DNA of 64,000 nucleotides, taken from positions 60,202,001 to 60,266,000 of the forward strand of contig OX597826.1 of NCBI GenBank assembly GCA_951406725.2. Direction: 5' to 3'. This document shows positions 1 through 13,039 of this stretch, piece after piece; the stretch's first letter is position 1; every line of letters starts with the position of its first letter. The notes under the pieces were generated by a model, which saw only the letters and a list, made by a program, of their open reading frames with translations, ran no database searches and had not been told where the DNA came from. Source of the DNA: Octopus vulgaris. Taxonomy: Eukaryota. The translations under genes and the position numbers were made by a program.

Positions 1-277
1 ACTTCGCGAATTGGCTGGAGACCACTGAAATAAGAGTATCGTATCTAAAAGAAGACTATAATTTGTAGTTCTCAAAAATTAACATTTCTCATGAGAGTCT
101 CAAAAGTTCGAGAAAACACTGCATATACCCAAACATGCATACACATAAGTGTATTTATGTATGCAGAGTTTATATGCACTGTTCACAATGAACCGTATCC
201 GCTGTAAATGTCTGTTTCTTAAATGTCAAAATGTCAATCACATCCTGGAGAGTATGTATGTATATATACATTCCTGC

Positions 278-343
<66 letters not shown>

Positions 344-347
<4 letters not shown>

Positions 348-448
348 ACAATCAGGAACGGCCATAATAGGCCATTCACCCACTATATCAACCGCAAATA
401 TTTGCGGTTGAATATAGTGGGTATATTATGGCCGTTATGATTGTTGAT
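344..448. repeat. ~105-bp imperfect palindrome abutting (TA)n
   Basis: Perfect centre CAACCGCAAAT|ATTTGCGGTTG (389-410); arms extend through ACCCACTATAT/ATATAGTGGGT, GGCCATAATA/TATTATGGCC and ATCAACAATCA/TGATTGTTGAT. Confidence 0.9.
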
Positions 449-545
449 GTTGAACTTAAAAATGGTCTATGACTATTTAATTTTTTCCTACTAGGCCGCT
501 GGTGGCAAAGAATTCTACAAAATTTTTTTTTGCCACCCTATATTG

Positions 546-638
<93 letters not shown>

Positions 639-641
<3 letters not shown>

Positions 642-820
642 AGATCGTTAGCTACTACACACATTCTTTTCTCTCCTTGTTTTTTTCTGTGTACCTTTCT
701 GTAGAAGAGCGTAGGCTCGAAACGTAAAATACTTTTTCTATTCCTGAGCGCTATACTAATACATCTGTTAGTTTGTACACCACCTGCCTTCGTCTTGTGT
801 TTATTTTCTTAAACTTACCT
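639..820 (+). mobile_element. Family E repeat (Penelope-like terminal repeat / retrozyme-like) between (TA)n tracts
   Basis: Near-identical to 27930-28118 and related to 27052-27770 and 37150-37632; carries CTGTAGA-AGAGC-GTAG-GCTC-GAAACGTA hammerhead-like motif. Confidence 0.65.
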
Positions 821-821
821 T

Positions 822-862
<41 letters not shown>

Positions 863-946
863 ATGTATATATATACATATATACATATATTCATATATAC
901 ATATATATACATATATACATATATATGCATATATATATGTATATAG

Positions 947-985
<39 letters not shown>

Positions 986-1584
986 CATAGGTATATATAT
1001 GTAAATATGTCTGTATGTGTAAGAGGCTAAGTAACCATCTATGGGTTATTAAATATCCAATATACTACTTAGTTGCCTTAAATATGTATATACACGTATA
1101 TGATTATTATGAGGTGTGGACGTGTATGTTATTCATACGTAAACATCCAACACAACTGATTCTAATATACTCACGGCTTCGTCAGTTATATCATTTAATT
1201 GCATGAAATATATAAAAAGAGATATACGTAGCAGGGCCGTACCAAGTGACTATTTGTCTACCTACAATGGGTCAGTGATTACACTTACTTCCTACCAACC
1301 CAGAATACTGAACCAATTGAAACAGCGAGTAATTACGTGATTTACTGTTAGTGGCAGTTTGAATACAAATGCTGATCTTTGACCATTATAGAAGGAATGA
1401 CTAATTGCAAGACTACATCATTGATATTCACTGTATCCAGTCGCGTTTCAGCAGATTCATTTGTCTCAATGAATGAAAGCCACGCAAATGAGTGAGCGGA
1501 GTCTGAATGACAAAATTATTAATCCGTATTATGACATGCATTTCGTTGATATAATTTTCTGCGACCGTGTACAATATTTTCACA

Positions 1585-1850
1585 TAAACTTAGATAAACT
1601 TAGATATGTTTCGACCAAAGATTGGTCCAGGCCATGTCTAACTTAATAGCACCACCTGATAGGATTATTCGAATCCTGTTTAAGTCAAGTTTTGTTTAAG
1701 TCAAGTTTTGTTCAAGTAGTGAGTTCTTGTTGGGTGAGTTGTATCCAATTATGGGTGGCTTATCTGGTATTCTTTGAAGGAATCTATCCAGACTCTGTTT
1801 AAAGTTGATGGGATCCTTTTCCTCTTTGATCTCCCTCGGGACATTGTAAT
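1585..1850 (-). mobile_element. 3' end of CR1/L2-group LINE
   Basis: Minus strand reads VPREIKEEKDPINFKQSLDRFLQRIPDKPPIIGYNSPNKNS, a typical CR1-group ORF2 C-terminus; followed by hairpin GACCAA-TCT-TTGGTC and a short tandem tail (ATCTAAGTTT)x2. Confidence 0.65.
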
Positions 1851-2185
1851 AACACAGTATTTTTTTTTCTATATTTTAATTATATAGAAATTTTAAATAC
1901 ATGTAAAGAATATTCTGACTTTAAACAATGAGTATTATCAGTTGAAATATACACCAAAACAAATGTGTTGATTAAGCATTTATTTTTAAAGACAGATCGA
2001 GAAGAGGGATGATTGCGTCCGTGACAATTTTATGGGCGTTCGAGGCTAATGGTAGAAAATGAGAGACTTTAGTTAGGCTTCACGGGCAAAATGGCAGAGT
2101 AAAACACTGAGACAGATTATCGATCTACCTACCTGCCTACATGCCTCCCTACTTGCCTATATACATACATAAGTAAATAATACAT

Positions 2186-2217
<32 letters not shown>

Positions 2218-3530
2218 GTATACACTCTCCATGCAGCTAATGTAATAGTAGACAAATTTCCAGGCCTCTACGAAATTATTAGTAAATAGATAAATTCGAT
2301 AAAGAAAGAAAAACAAATTACGGTAAGCAAATTTCCCTTAAAAAAAACTGACTTAAAATAAGCAAAAATATACATATATCTAAACGCAACTCTAGACAAT
2401 AAATTTAAAGTAAATAGACATTAGGTACCATAGCAGACAAAAAAGAAATAAAAAAAACAAGTGACAGAAAAAATAACAACAACCAATAGCTGTAAAAGAA
2501 GAACTAATCAATACCCCCTCAACAACCGGTCTCTGTCCTCCTACATCAACGAATATAAACGAATAATCACTTAGAGTTGTAACACATTTTACCTGAAGTT
2601 CGCAGCAGCGTGAAACGTAAATCGCGAGACAAATAAACTGTCTAAACAGATTACACGCTCACATATACATATACACGTATATCTACAAACGTTTAAACTT
2701 CGGTGCGCATATGTATGTCTGCACACACACACACGCATATATACATATATATATATGTATGTATATATATATGTGTACATAGGTGCACACACACAAAAAC
2801 GCACGCACGCATATATGCATATATGTATGTATATACGTACATATGTACACATACACACACATACGCACATAGGTTTGTTTCAACTGTTGAACAATGTCCG
2901 AAGCTTTCGTTCATTGCAGCTCAGTGCTCAAAATTCCTGGTTTTTATCTCGTTTATGTAACTTTTCAGCGAAATGAAAAACATATATATGTACACATGTA
3001 TGCACGTTATTGGGTGTATCACGTGTGTGTTTGGGGTATGTATGCGTGTGTGCGAGCTGTGTGTTCATTCTGTGTTTGTTTGTGTTATTGTATTGTGAAG
3101 TATTTTGTCTTTCATGAAAAAACGCACACGCACACACACGCACGCACACGCATACACACACACGCAATATATATACAGTTACGTATGCATACGCAAGTAC
3201 ACACACGTAGATACGAACTTTCCAGTACACACACACGAACGTACGAACACTTAAATTCAGGATCACACGCACAAGGGACCAGTAAATGCCCACGCCTACG
3301 GATGTCAGATCAGCGCTCTGATAATGTAGGACTTACTTCTCCTATGCATTCATGTTTACCGATACAAACCGAGGATATGGAGGCATCGTCAAGTAAACCA
3401 GAAATCAATTCAAGGTGGACTCAAGGGTATCATTGTAGTATTTGCAGAATAAAAATCAAAAACTTTTCGAAAATTGTAAACTGAGGTAAACAAAATTAAT
3501 GAACGTTTAAGTTGGCTTGCTTGCATATAG

Positions 3531-3736
3531 TCTTTTACTCTTTTGCTTGTTTCAGTCCTTTGACTGTGACCATGCTGGAGCACCGCCTCTGGTCGAACAA
3601 ATCGACCCCGGGACGTATTCTTTGTAAGCCTAGTACTTATTCGATCGGTCTCTTTTGCCGAACCGCTGATTACGGGGATGTAAACACACCACCATCAATT
3701 GTCAAGCGATGCTGGGGAACAGACACTGACACATAA

Positions 3737-3802
<66 letters not shown>

Positions 3803-3965
3803 GACGGGCTTCTTTCAGTTTCCGTCTAACAAATCCACTCACAAGGCTTTGGTCGGCCCGAGGCTATAGTAGAAGACACTTGCACGAGATGCCACACAGT
3901 GGTTCTAAATGCGGAACCACGTGGTGGGTAAGCAAGCTACTTATCTCACAGCCACTCCTACGTCT
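3531..3965 (-). mobile_element. tRNA-derived SINE family A, near full length
   Basis: Family consensus has A box TGGCTGTGTGG, B box GGTTCAGTCCC, CORE-like CCTTGGGCAAGTGTCTT, internal (TA)n(TG)n and a GTAAAAGA-repeat tail; more than 10 copies in the window. Confidence 0.9.
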
Positions 3966-4862
3966 TTATATTGAGATATGAATATAAAATCATGTGTGTG
4001 GAGAACAACCTCACTTGAAACTGGAAGTGTTTTATGACAATCTGGCCAGTAAATCCATTATATACGCACACGTGTCTCATAAGCGTCTATCATTAATTGC
4101 CGGTAAGCTATTTTGATGCTAGTTTCTTGTCTGCTTTCTCTGAAGAGCAAACCAACATTCTGTTTTCTTGGAAACAGAAATAGAGAGAAGGCAGCAAGGC
4201 TTCTTTGTTGTAGCGCGCAGAGCGTCAAGTGTGTCCACGGATAATGAATTACCGTCACATTGTTCTGCTTCCGCAGCCACTAGTAACGGTTTCCAAGCCG
4301 ATGGAAGTAAGGAAGGTGAAATATCGTCAGGAGCAGTCATAATTTTACATGAATTCATTCAGCTACATGATTTGTTCATGCACCGTTGAAGTGCCGCGAG
4401 TACACAAGTGCTGACGTTTTGGATTTGCCATACATTTTGAATGCCATCCTGATCACAGTAAACAATATTTGGAGCAGGACATCTGTAATTTTAGCGCTAA
4501 CGGTGGTCATACTTGGTAATGAATCTACAACCACTCTATATTGGATATAAGCATAAAGTGAAGTTATGATATAGGAATGGGAAAAACTCATATTGTCAAA
4601 GACAGAAACATAGTGAGTTTCTTGACAGCCGACCGAGACAACAACAAAGTACACAACAATGAGAATATCATATAGAAGCTAATATATATAAACATGGTGA
4701 ATAAACAGGGTAAATAAAGGAAACGATGTTTAACAGCCAATTATGTCATCAGAGATGTATTGAGATGACGACGACGGTGAGGTGTACGTTATGTTGTATT
4801 GCTTCGTAATTGTCTCCTCATCCATCATATTAGGAAATTGATTAGTTGTGTAAAGAACTACA

Positions 4863-4901
<39 letters not shown>

Positions 4902-4917
4902 ATACATACACAGAAAC

Positions 4918-4967
<50 letters not shown>

Positions 4968-5566
4968 ATGTGTGTGAGTTGGAAATATAGCAATTTTGAC
5001 AGATTAGATCTAATAACCTAACTTTTGCTCATTTACAAAGAACAGAAAGCTGGCATGCGAGAAATTACTTCACAAAGTGACAAACACATTTACAAGGAAA
5101 AGAAAAAAAGTCCAAGAACAAACTTAAAAAGCTTGGAAGATAAACTACACAAAAAACAACTACCAAATACTATGCGTGGTTCTCGTAATGTTTCTTCGAC
5201 TTCAAATTTCTCACTTGAAGTTTGACAACACTAAAAATTGAAAACAATGACAATTAGGTATTCAACGGTTTTTCATTTACAAACGTATGCTTGGTTTTCA
5301 AACAATGTTATGTTTAATTTATTATAATTTCATTAACATCACCAAGTAGGGTCGATGTAAATGATGAAATAACACCAAGTGACATTACATACATCACAAA
5401 CAGCGTCGGATTCCATAAATGATTTTCTTTCTCTGTAATTCTTTAACGTTTCCATACGCTCATAAGTTCTTACTTTGGTAGACGAAGATCTGTAAATAAC
5501 TTCATAAAAATTACAGGTGGCTGGGCGGGCTAAGAAGCTTGGTTTGCAAACCCATGGTTTTGCGTT

Positions 5567-5619
<53 letters not shown>

Positions 5620-6419
5620 ATCTATTTCAAGCGTAAATTGACAGTTCTGATAAGGACGATGTTACTACGTTTTGTGTCACTTTAAAAGTATATACCACGA
5701 ACAAGGCTAACCTCTGCGGCTGAAAAGAAATAACCCAGAAACCATGGTCCGCAGGTTCTGTTTAAGACTGGGTGGTGTCAATATCTCCCTTGTTTGAGGC
5801 ATAAGGACGCAGATGTGCGTCGGTAGCAAGCTGGAAATGATGTTTTCCTGGGACTATAAAAGTTAGTAAAACTGTCCGAAGCAGAAGTTTGAAAGCAGTT
5901 CATGACCATTGTGTCCGGCTAACGAAGTTATAACACGCATATACTGATTGAAACCCTATTACACGTGTTTATCTATTCAATCTCCGCGGCGCTTTCAAAT
6001 TATTTGGCTTGATGAAGCGACAACTGCTGTATTAACAGAATACTATTTCTTTGTATATCTATTCTATTACACATAACTAAATGAAACGGAACTGACCAAC
6101 TAAGATGAACATGTCCAAAGAATGATCAGTATCAAACATGTGTCTTGAGTAAACGCGACAAAAAACCTCCATTTGAACCTAAATTTATTTTGTTAAGGTA
6201 TTATCTGGCCAAAGAAGATTCCATTGGCTAAGAAACTGTCTTTGCAACTTCGTGGCTTCGGGTTTAGCTCCATTGCGTGGCATCATTGCAAATATCCTTT
6301 GCAATAACCCCGGGCCGATTATTGCATTCTCGGTGAATTGGTTAATCAACATTACTCTGTGAGGATAATTGGGCAGATTTCTCTGCCGTATAAATATCAT
6401 TCCATGGACAGTACGCTAG

Positions 6420-6578
6420 ACCGTCGCAGGATTATTCACTTTTACCAGCTGAATTGACTGAAGCAACGAGATATGAAGTATTTTGCTCATGAACACAATG
6501 CATTTCCCAGTGCATCGAAACCACAACCTTACGATCATGAGTACAACACCGGAAACACTAAGCTATGAACCTCCACAT
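6420..6578 (-). mobile_element. SINE family D 5' part (tRNA head plus CORE-like body), decayed
   Basis: Reverse complement matches the heads at 14855 and 51322 (GTGGTTTCGAT...GTTCATGAGCAAAATACTTCATATCTCGTTGCTTCAGTC). Confidence 0.7.
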
Positions 6579-6635
6579 TCTGAGTGAAATAGTAAAGGAA
6601 AACTGCTTGGAGGTCCGTCGTATACATATATATAT

Positions 6636-6704
<69 letters not shown>

Positions 6705-7478
6705 AACATATTCCTGTAAATATATGTGTGTGTGAGTTTGTGTACATATAATTGTGTGTATATATGTATAATGTGTGTCTGTGTGTGTTAATGTCTGCCA
6801 CCCTCCAACACTTTCCAACTGGCGCTGATTTGTTTTTGAACCCATAACTCATCGGTTTGGCAAGCGACCAATAGAAAACCAGATTTTAAAATAAAGTATT
6901 GCGGTCGAAATGATTGACTAACCCTCTTCAAGGAGAGTTTCCATCTCGGCATAAGTTCATTAACTGAAAGAAAAAAGTTTGCAGACATCCTTGCGGCATG
7001 ATCAGAAAATATATATATTAGGGTCCACAAACCACAGAAGTTTTAATATCTATAAAACATGAATAAACCACCACATTATTAAATAGAAAGAAATTGAAAG
7101 CTTGATATGTTTTAAATGTTTATCTTAAGCGTTTCTGAAGATTAATAATATCCGCACCCACCAACCATACGGAGTTGATGTCTTTAAAGAAATTTGTTGT
7201 TGATTCACGTTAAAATAATCTTTTTTACATTGTCGTCTATGTTCCATTCCAGCGATGAGCTACGAAATCGATTCCATCAAGGCACTCATGCAAAGGAGAC
7301 ACAATACTTGGAATTTTATTAATTAAGATAAAATTACTGTTTACTAATGAATGTCACATTAAGACGTTGCTGACCGATTTCATAAGAGAAAATGATTTTT
7401 CACAGCACATATAAATCAGGAATAATGTATATTTTTCAATTACACGTGGATCTATCTGAATATATAATATAAAAATAG

Positions 7479-7714
7479 CAGCAAGGCGGCGAGCTGGCAG
7501 AATCGTTAGCACGCCGGGCGAAATGCTTAGCAGTATTTCGTCTGCCGTTACGTTCTGAGTTCAAATTCCGCCGAGGTCGACTTTGCCTTTCATCCTTTCC
7601 GGGTCGATAAATTAAGTACCAGTTACGCACTGGGGTCGATGTAATCTACTTAATCCGTTTGTCTGTCCTTGTTTGTCCTCTCTGTGTTTAGCCCCTTGTG
7701 GGTAGTAAAGAAAT
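7479..7714 (+). mobile_element. tRNA-derived SINE family B, full length with 19-bp target-site duplication
   Basis: A box TGGCAGAATCG, B box GAGTTCAAATTCC, central GCCTTTCATCCTTTCCGGGTCGATAAATTAAGTACCAG domain; ATATATAATATAAAAATAG at 7460-7478 and 7715-7733. Confidence 0.92.
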
Positions 7715-8592
7715 ATATATAATATAAAAATAGATGCATGAATTTATCAAGTACACACTGTGTGTTTGGTTTAACGAAATAATATAATGTTATTTAATTC
7801 ATATTATATATTGATAAAATCAGGAAAAATGATAGTCGTCGTATTTCAAAACTTAGACATGCTGTGGAATAACTAAAGACAATTTTGTAATCAGCGTCCA
7901 AAATAGATTTAAGAAAAGGCTAAATTGAAGAAAAAGAAAATTATCATGTTAACCAGCGTAGTTTATTGAATTTCTCAAATAAATTAAATACTTGTTAAAA
8001 ATCTTCTTAAAACTTAGTAATATTTCAAAATATTTGTACAATCTACGATGTGGTTAAGCAGCAAATTGGCTAAAAAGCAAAGAAAATATTTTCTGAAGAT
8101 ATTGCAAAATTTTTCTAATGTTCATTTATCAGTAACAGGTGCACCGGTTGCTGGTTAGATGTCGACAATTAACTTCAGCAATTTCTCCTCTTTCTTTCTA
8201 TTTGGTATGTTAACTAAAAATATTTTGAGTTTTTATTCTTTTAAGCTTTTTGTTTCTTTTTACCGTTCTTTGTTCTTCTTAGCATGATTTGTTTTGTTTT
8301 CTAAATAACAGAAAAGCAACTTGGTAAATTATTCTAATTCCTAAAATCAACAAATATTCGCACAGGAAATGATATACAACCGTTTCTACATACGTGTGTA
8401 GCAAAAGGCATACACCTATGTACATGTGTGTGCGAGTGTCTGTCAGCCTGTGTACTTTATGTTAGCAATTTTTGAATGCGTAATTTTTTTTTATAATCGT
8501 GAGTGCTCGAGTGAGTGTGGGCATACCTGCAGCGTAACACTTCATGTGCGCGTGCGTATGAATACATACAAACATACATATATATATATATA

Positions 8593-8662
<70 letters not shown>

Positions 8663-9035
8663 TATAGTTCTCTGTAGTCCTATTTAACCAGGTGTGCCAG
8701 TGTATATACACAGGTTTATAAACCATTAAACAACATAAACAATGCACAACATTTTTCGTTAACTCGACAAGAATTATGTACACATTGAATGACATGTTAT
8801 TCTTTCTTGATGTCATTTTGTTTACTTTCCTTGTCTTTATTTGCAGTTTCTTGATCTAAAACGTTTCTTCATTTTTCTGTTGAGTGGCAAATTTTTCATA
8901 CCCTTTCAACTTTATTTGTGTTTTATCAATGAGTTGGCTTTTAAAATTACCAGGAAATAACTTAATTACATTCTTTTGAAAATTGGAACATTAATATGCT
9001 TTAGAAATTAAATATTTTAAGCAAAGGTGACATAA

Positions 9036-9088
9036 TTACATCGATACAATGTGCAACCAAGTTTACATCGATACTATGTGCAACCAAG
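9036..9088. repeat. Local tandem duplication (~26 bp x2)
   Basis: TTACATCGATAC(A/T)ATGTGCAACCAAG occurs twice. Confidence 0.85.
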
Positions 9089-9315
9089 AAAACCCAGATT
9101 TCCTTTCAGCAACATATGATAGTCGAAATCATTAGACCGTATAGATGGAAAACTCAAAAAGTCCGCTTTTCTTAAAGGCCAGTCCCTTAGCGAGCGCTTA
9201 GCTTTTAAGCCTATTCTGCCGCTTGCATTTGAGGTTTTCATTGATTTACATTACCGATATTCGAACGCTATGGAAGACTACGTAGATAACTGTCAATATT
9301 TATCTTTTATTGAGA

Positions 9316-9520
9316 CGGCGAGCTGGCAGAATCACTAGCATCCCGGACAAAATGCTTAGTGGCATTTCGTCCGTATTTTCGTTCAGAGTTCAACATTCGA
9401 TGAGATGGTCTTTGCCGCTCTTCATTTCGGGTTCGATAAAATAAGTACCAGTTGAGGATTGGGGTAGATGTAAGTAACTTAATCCCTTCTTCGAAATTGC
9501 TGGTATTTCACCAAATTTTA
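9316..9520 (+). mobile_element. SINE family B copy (diverged, alternative tail)
   Basis: Matches head and central domain of 7479-7650. Confidence 0.85.
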
Positions 9521-9627
9521 AATCAGAATTCAACATCTGCTGGAAGATGAGAGTAACAATTTACAGGACAACGCGAGAAATTTGAGAATGAGACTTTGGT
9601 TTTTGATTGTATATTAAAAAAAAAATT

Positions 9628-9830
9628 ATTACATCGACCTCAGTGCGTAACTGGTACTTATTTAATCGACCCCAAAATATGAAAAGCAAAGTCGACCTCG
9701 GCGGAAATTGAACTCAGAATGTAACGGCAGACGAAATACCACTCATTTTCACCAACTGAGTGGACTGGAGCAACGTGAAATGAAGTGTTTTGGTCAAGAA
9801 CACAACGTGTCACCCAGTCCGGGAATTTGA
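9628..9830 (-). mobile_element. SINE family B fragment joined to family D fragment
   Basis: 9628-9740 is the reverse complement of the B body; 9745-9830 is the reverse complement of the D body. Confidence 0.8.
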
Positions 9831-10158
9831 TTGTATATTTAAAGCAAACAATACTCTTAGCTTTAGAATTACACAGAGAGAAAGGACGACTGAGCCAAAG
9901 GGACGTGCACGTTTTTCTCCTGCCTCTATTACATCATTACTCTGTATGTTCAAACAAAAGAAAATGAACAAAATATGAACATGATTTATTATGAATACAT
10001 CTACAATGTTTCAATATTTTCCCCTAAATTTCAATTTACTGTTATTAATCAAAATACGCGCTTTTGGATATTCATTTATGATGGCATCACCAATGTTTCC
10101 TTTTATAGTTTGTGCCGTGATTTATTCAATTCATATGACCGTATGCATTTATTCGTAC

Positions 10159-10207
<49 letters not shown>

Positions 10208-11090
10208 TGTGTGTGTGTGTATGTGTGTTTGTGTGTGTTTAGGTGTACCTATACACAGACGCACAAACACACAGAAACACACACACATATATACATTTGC
10301 ACATGGTACATATTGCTAAGTATAAATACAATAGTTCGAATTGTGTCCCAAAATTCTGTGGCATATTTTCGATAACTTGCCAATGAATTTGCCGGAAAAT
10401 TATAATTAGAGACTTTGTTATGGGTCCATATTATCCATAAAAGAAAACGATTTCCCTATTGAGATAGACAGGATGTTGAAACATAGACAAAGCACTATTA
10501 ACGCTTGGTTGCAAATTTTACCTGCATAGCCCCTTTTTAAATCTCTTAAAACCTCTTCAAACGTATGAAATACGGTTTAACAACAATGAAGAAATGAGAA
10601 ATGATTTACACAGTTGACAACGAGAAAGCATGTTATTTGGTGTATTACTTTTCCCCAAATAGCATGCTTTCTCGTTACCATCTGTCCAATACTTCAGGGT
10701 TGCTTATTTTTTCAATCCTGTAAAAATGGAAGTAAAAATTTAATTCCTGGTGATTTGAACACACAAGATACACATCTATCCCTTCAACACAGGACAACTT
10801 AGCAACTTCTAAATATCCTGGAAGTTCGTTAATTTAATAATTTCTTATGATAGTTTCTATTTTAGCCACAAGAGAACAAATTTAGTTGAATACCATAATC
10901 TGTTTCTTTATTTTTCGACACTCAGAGAATGAAATCCAAAACTGTGATCAGTAGGGTTTGAACGCAGAAAGTAAACATTTAAAACATATTTTTTCTAATG
11001 CTCTAAAGATTAGACCAATTCGAAGGTTTGAATAGAGATTAAATAAAACGTAGAAAATCGAAACAATCTGCCAGCTGGAAGAATATTTAG

Positions 11091-11500
11091 CAGGTATGGC
11101 TGTGTTGTGAGAAGCTTATTTCTTAACCACATGGTTCTGGGTTCAGTCCCTCTGCGGGATACTTTGGGAAAGTATCTTCTACTATAACCTCAGACCTACC
11201 TAATCTTGGAGTATATTTGATAGACAGTAACAGAAAGAAGCCCGCCGTATACATATATATGTATATATCTATGTGTAAGTGTCCTTGAGTCTGTGTTTGT
11301 AACCCATCATCACTTGACAACCGGTGTGTTGGTGTAGTTACGCCCCATACTTTGGTGGTTCGGCAAAAGTACCGATGGTATAAGTACCAGGCTTTAAAAA
11401 GAAAAGCAAGTCCTGGAGTCGATTTATTCGACTAAAACCCTTCAAGGCGGTGACCCAGCATGGCCGCTATCAAATGACTGAAGCAAGTAAGGGTAAAAGA
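11091..11500 (+). mobile_element. SINE family A, diverged full-length copy
   Basis: GGTTCAGTCCC B box, family A body and tail. Confidence 0.88.
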
Positions 11501-11504
11501 CGTC

Positions 11505-11670
11505 GGTCAAAATGCTTAGCGGCAATAATTTGGTTTTGTGCACTGTGAATTCAAATACTGCCCAGATCGAATTTTCCTTTCGTTTTTTTTTTTCGGTGTT
11601 GATAGAATAACATACCAGTCAAGATCGGGGTCCATGTATTTGACTTGTCCCTGCTCGTAAAACATCACTG
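11505..11670 (+). mobile_element. SINE family B, degenerate
   Basis: AAATGCTTAGCGGCA...GAATTCAAAT...GATAGAATAACATACCAG...GGGGTCCATGT. Confidence 0.6.
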
Positions 11671-11850
11671 ACCTTATATCCTGCAAGGGACTACCATTTC
11701 CTTCAAGCCGGGATGTTGTGAATTTAGTCACTTAGGCTCCAAGGAAACAGCGTGTTACTAGTCCTAGAGTTCAAGAAAACTAGGAAAAAATATCTAAAAT
11801 TCAATGACAGTACCATATATATATATATATATAAAATTTACATCTATCTA

Positions 11851-11881
<31 letters not shown>

Positions 11882-11936
11882 GTATATATATGTATAAACC
11901 AATATATATGTATGCATGTATGGACTTATATGTGCA

Positions 11937-12013
<77 letters not shown>

Positions 12014-12800
12014 TAAAAAATGATTTGTAAATGTGTACAAGACATTTACAGATAATTTCAAGTTCATGTTTCGAGTGTTAAGTGAGAGGGGCGTGGGCGT
12101 ATTTTTGATGATTCTCATTATACACTAGAATATATTTGAACAAAATTCAGAAATGAATGTAAAGAATGTAATGAAAGTGGAGAAATAAGGTAGTCAAATG
12201 GCTTACAGAATAGAGAAGAAAAATAATTTATGAAAAAGTAAAGGGTTCAAAAAAAAAAAAAAATTAAGAGAAGGAAAAAAGAAAGAAGAATGTAAAAGAA
12301 GTGAATGGGTTGAAGAAGATAAACGAGTGTTTATAGAAGAAGAAATAAAACAGTTGATCAGCGTTAATAAAGGAAAAAAATAAATAATATTTCAATAAAG
12401 TGAAACACAGTAAAAAATAAAATGTTAACGTGATTCATTTTCGAGATTGAAGTTCTTTTATCAATATTGAGATAAAGACAAGAGGATACAAAGCGGTTTA
12501 CTAATAATTTTCAGTCTCAAACGAAATGAATTTGAACGACTCTTAGCCACTACTCGAAAGGCTTTTGCATCCACGTGCGTGCGCATACATGCACACGACA
12601 CAGGTACACATGTACAAACATGTACATAAATTTATAAATCCAAAATTCTGCTTACGTATACATAGACATACACACGCGTAAATATATGTATACGTATATG
12701 CGTGTACGTGTGTGTGTATATACAAATATGCATACATACAACCACACATACACACACAAATATGTTATATAATGCATATGCACATATATGATATATATAT

Positions 12801-12833
<33 letters not shown>

Positions 12834-12921
12834 CACACACATATATAAATATATACACATACAAATATTATATATATGCGTACACATATACGTTCATATA
12901 TGCATACATATATATTGGTAT

Positions 12922-12986
<65 letters not shown>

Positions 12987-13039
12987 TATATATGTATGTA
13001 CGCATGTATATATATGTGTGTATATATGTGTATATATAT

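Noticed and set aside
4720-4756. CTGATGA hammerhead-like start on the minus strand
   Set aside because: GAAA box is missing (TAAAC) and no stem I pairing is visible.
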